NCBI GenBank assembly: GCA_014905635.1
Contig: JABVCE010000044.1
Span: forward strand, 1-64,000
Origin: Scenedesmus sp. PABB004
Lineage: Eukaryota
Length of the DNA: 64,000 nt
Reading direction: 5' to 3'
The notes below the pieces were generated by a model, which did no database searches, was not told where the DNA came from, and saw nothing but the letters and a program-made list of their open reading frames with translations. Both the position numbers and the translations under genes were made by a program. This document shows, in pieces, positions 62,169 to 64,000 of this stretch (within the stretch, counting starts at the first letter, position 1; every line of letters begins with the position of its first letter).

Positions 62169-62993
62169 ATGAAGGCCGCTACGCTCGCTGTCGCCGTGCT
62201 GCTGGCCGCCGTCGCGCTGCACGGTGCGCGTGAGGAGCTCTCGGAGGTTGGGAGCATCTGCAACGGGGGTGGCGCCGGGGCCAGAGCGCCCGCCGCAGCG
62301 GGCAATCGGCCGCGCGAACCGGCTCCCCGGGCGGCCCATTCAGGCCGTGCAGCCGCCAGCGCTCAGCTACCGACGCAGCCACGCTTGTCGCCGCGCCGCG
62401 CCGGTGCCCGCTGCGGGTCACCGCCGTGCGCTGCTGCCGCCGCGGCGCACCGCTGCGGGTGACATCACAGCGCGCGCGTCGCTGCCGCCGCCGTGCCGCA
62501 CCGCTGCGGGCCACCACGCGCCGCCGCCGCTGCCGCCACCGCTGCCGCCGCGCAGGCGCGCAGGGCGATAGCATCACCGACGCGATCAAGAACGCCGCGG
62601 GCTCTGCTCTCGGCGGCGCCAAGAACGCAACTGCGACCGCTGGAAACGCGACCAAGGACGGTGTGTCGAGCTTCACCAGCTCCATCACCAAGTCCGCAAC
62701 GGACGCCGTCAAGGTGCGCCCCTGTTGCGACTGCGCTGGCCCAGCCGGCCAGCGGCAGCCGCCCGCGCGCCGACCCGCCCCCGCCCCCGCACGCGCAGGG
62801 CGCGGCGGGCACGGTGACCAACGCCGTCACGGGCGGCGGCGTGGCTGGGACCGTTGCTTCTGCGGCCGTGAATCAGAAGATTGATGCTGCCGCTGCCTCA
62901 CTGACCGGGCAGAAGAGCTCGGCGGGCGCCGCCGCCGGGTCGCTCGTGCTCGCGACGGGCGCGGCGGGCGCTGTGCTGCTGCTGCTGCTGTGA
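62169..62993 (+). CDS. Small secreted Ala/Gly/Thr-rich protein with probable GPI-anchor signal (3 exons)
   Basis: MKAATLAVAVLLAAVALHGAQG signal peptide; N-x-T sequons (KNAT, GNAT); ends KSSAGAAAGSLVLATGAAGAVLLLLL*. Confidence 0.75.
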
Positions 62994-63236
62994 GCGCGTG
63001 CGTGCACGCGCGCGGTTCTGGCACGCGGCCGGCCCAGTGGTGTGGGGGCGCGGCGCGAACAGAAACGCGCGCTGCGGCGCCACCGAACTCGCCCACAGCG
63101 AGTGGCGCGAGGCGTCGCCTCTGGCTGGGCGACCTGAGTTCAACTCAGCAGTGCGGTCGGCGCGCTGCATCAGAACCTCGGCCTTGGGGCGGTCGCAAAC
63201 GCGTTGGTAACACGCAGACCGCCACTGCCGCCGCGC

Positions 63237-63388
63237 TCAGCCCGGCTGCGCCGCGTGCCCGTGCGCGGTCGGCGACGCCACAAACTCGCCCCACCACTCG
63301 TCCTCGTGCGCCACCGCCTTGGCCTGCTGGTGCAGCGGGCTGGGGCCATGCGCGTGCGAATGTGCGCGCGGCGCCGGCCTTGCCCCCG

Positions 63389-63419
<31 letters not shown>

Positions 63420-64000
63420 CTGGCTCCCGTGCGGATGGCCACCCGGAGCATGCTGGATGCTGAGCTGGCTGAAGCTGAGCACGTCGAGCTCCCGCCGAAG
63501 CGCTGCCACGCCGCCTGCCGCTGCAGGCGGACTGCTGCTCAGCGCGGCCGCGTGCGCGGGCGGGGCCGCGTGCGCGGGCGCGGCGGCGAACGGGTCCCAG
63601 CCCGCCTCCTCCGCCGCTGCGTGGTGGTCGCCGCCGCGGGCCCGGGGCGAGCTCATGTCGATGAGAGGTGGGCCGTCATCCGCACCGCCGCTGCAGCTGC
63701 GGACCGGCGGTGGCGGGCGCAGCAGCCCCCGGCTGGCGCCGCCGCCGCCGGCCTCCGCCGGCTGCTCGTCGCCGGAGAGAAGGTCGAGCGCGGCGCCGCG
63801 GTCCGAGCCGCGGTCCGAGCCGCGCAGCGACGACGCGGAGCTCAGCGGCCGCCGCGGCGAGGGCGGCGGCCCCAGCGACAGCGCGCCGCCGCCGCTGCCG
63901 CCGGGCGACGCGCCGCGCGCCGGGCCGCCGCCAGCGCTGCCCGGCCGGCTGCTGCCGCCACCGCCGCCGCCGCCGTCGCCGCCAGCGGCGGCGGCGCCGC
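63237..64000 (-). CDS. 3' end of a gene with a disordered C-terminus carrying endocytic-adaptor-type motifs (5' part outside window)
   Basis: The frame read upstream of the ORF start at 63656 stays open toward the window edge: ALDLLSG, PLIDM, GWDPF, EDEWWGEFV. Confidence 0.55.

Overview
Very GC-rich, intron-dense eukaryotic nuclear DNA. It is most likely from a chlorophyte green alga (Sphaeropleales, Monoraphidium/Raphidocelis-like). This is an inference from the TGTAA poly(A) signals, TTTAGGG-like repeats, short CG-rich introns and the gene set. The six-frame ORF track is mostly noise, so gene models were rebuilt by splicing by eye. About 16 protein-coding genes were found: a Strawberry-notch/FORGETTER1-like helicase with a PHD finger (5' partial), a secreted LPMO (AA15/AA10-like), a WNK-family probable pseudokinase, an F-box/LRR protein, WDR36/Utp21, a MET1/DNMT1 cytosine methyltransferase, a strictosidine-synthase-like protein, a Zn-ribbon hypothetical, a fasciclin protein, a 2OG-Fe(II) oxygenase, MCM3, IBA57/YgfZ, an At5g58100-like membrane protein, an F-box/WD40 protein, a small GPI-type protein and the 3' end of a gene with clathrin-adaptor motifs. 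Main highlights: (1) the DNMT1 has an N-terminal MBD-like domain plus a UIM-like helix; (2) about 20 GC-AG introns; (3) intron repeats are polarised, G/GT/GA/TTTAGGG near donors and C/AC/CT/CCCTAAA near acceptors; (4) CHR-like TTYGAA motifs cluster at MET1 and the MCM3 promoter; (5) the WNK kinase has a degenerate catalytic loop. Several single-base frameshifts in GC runs are probably assembly errors. Coordinates were read by hand and may be off by a few bases.
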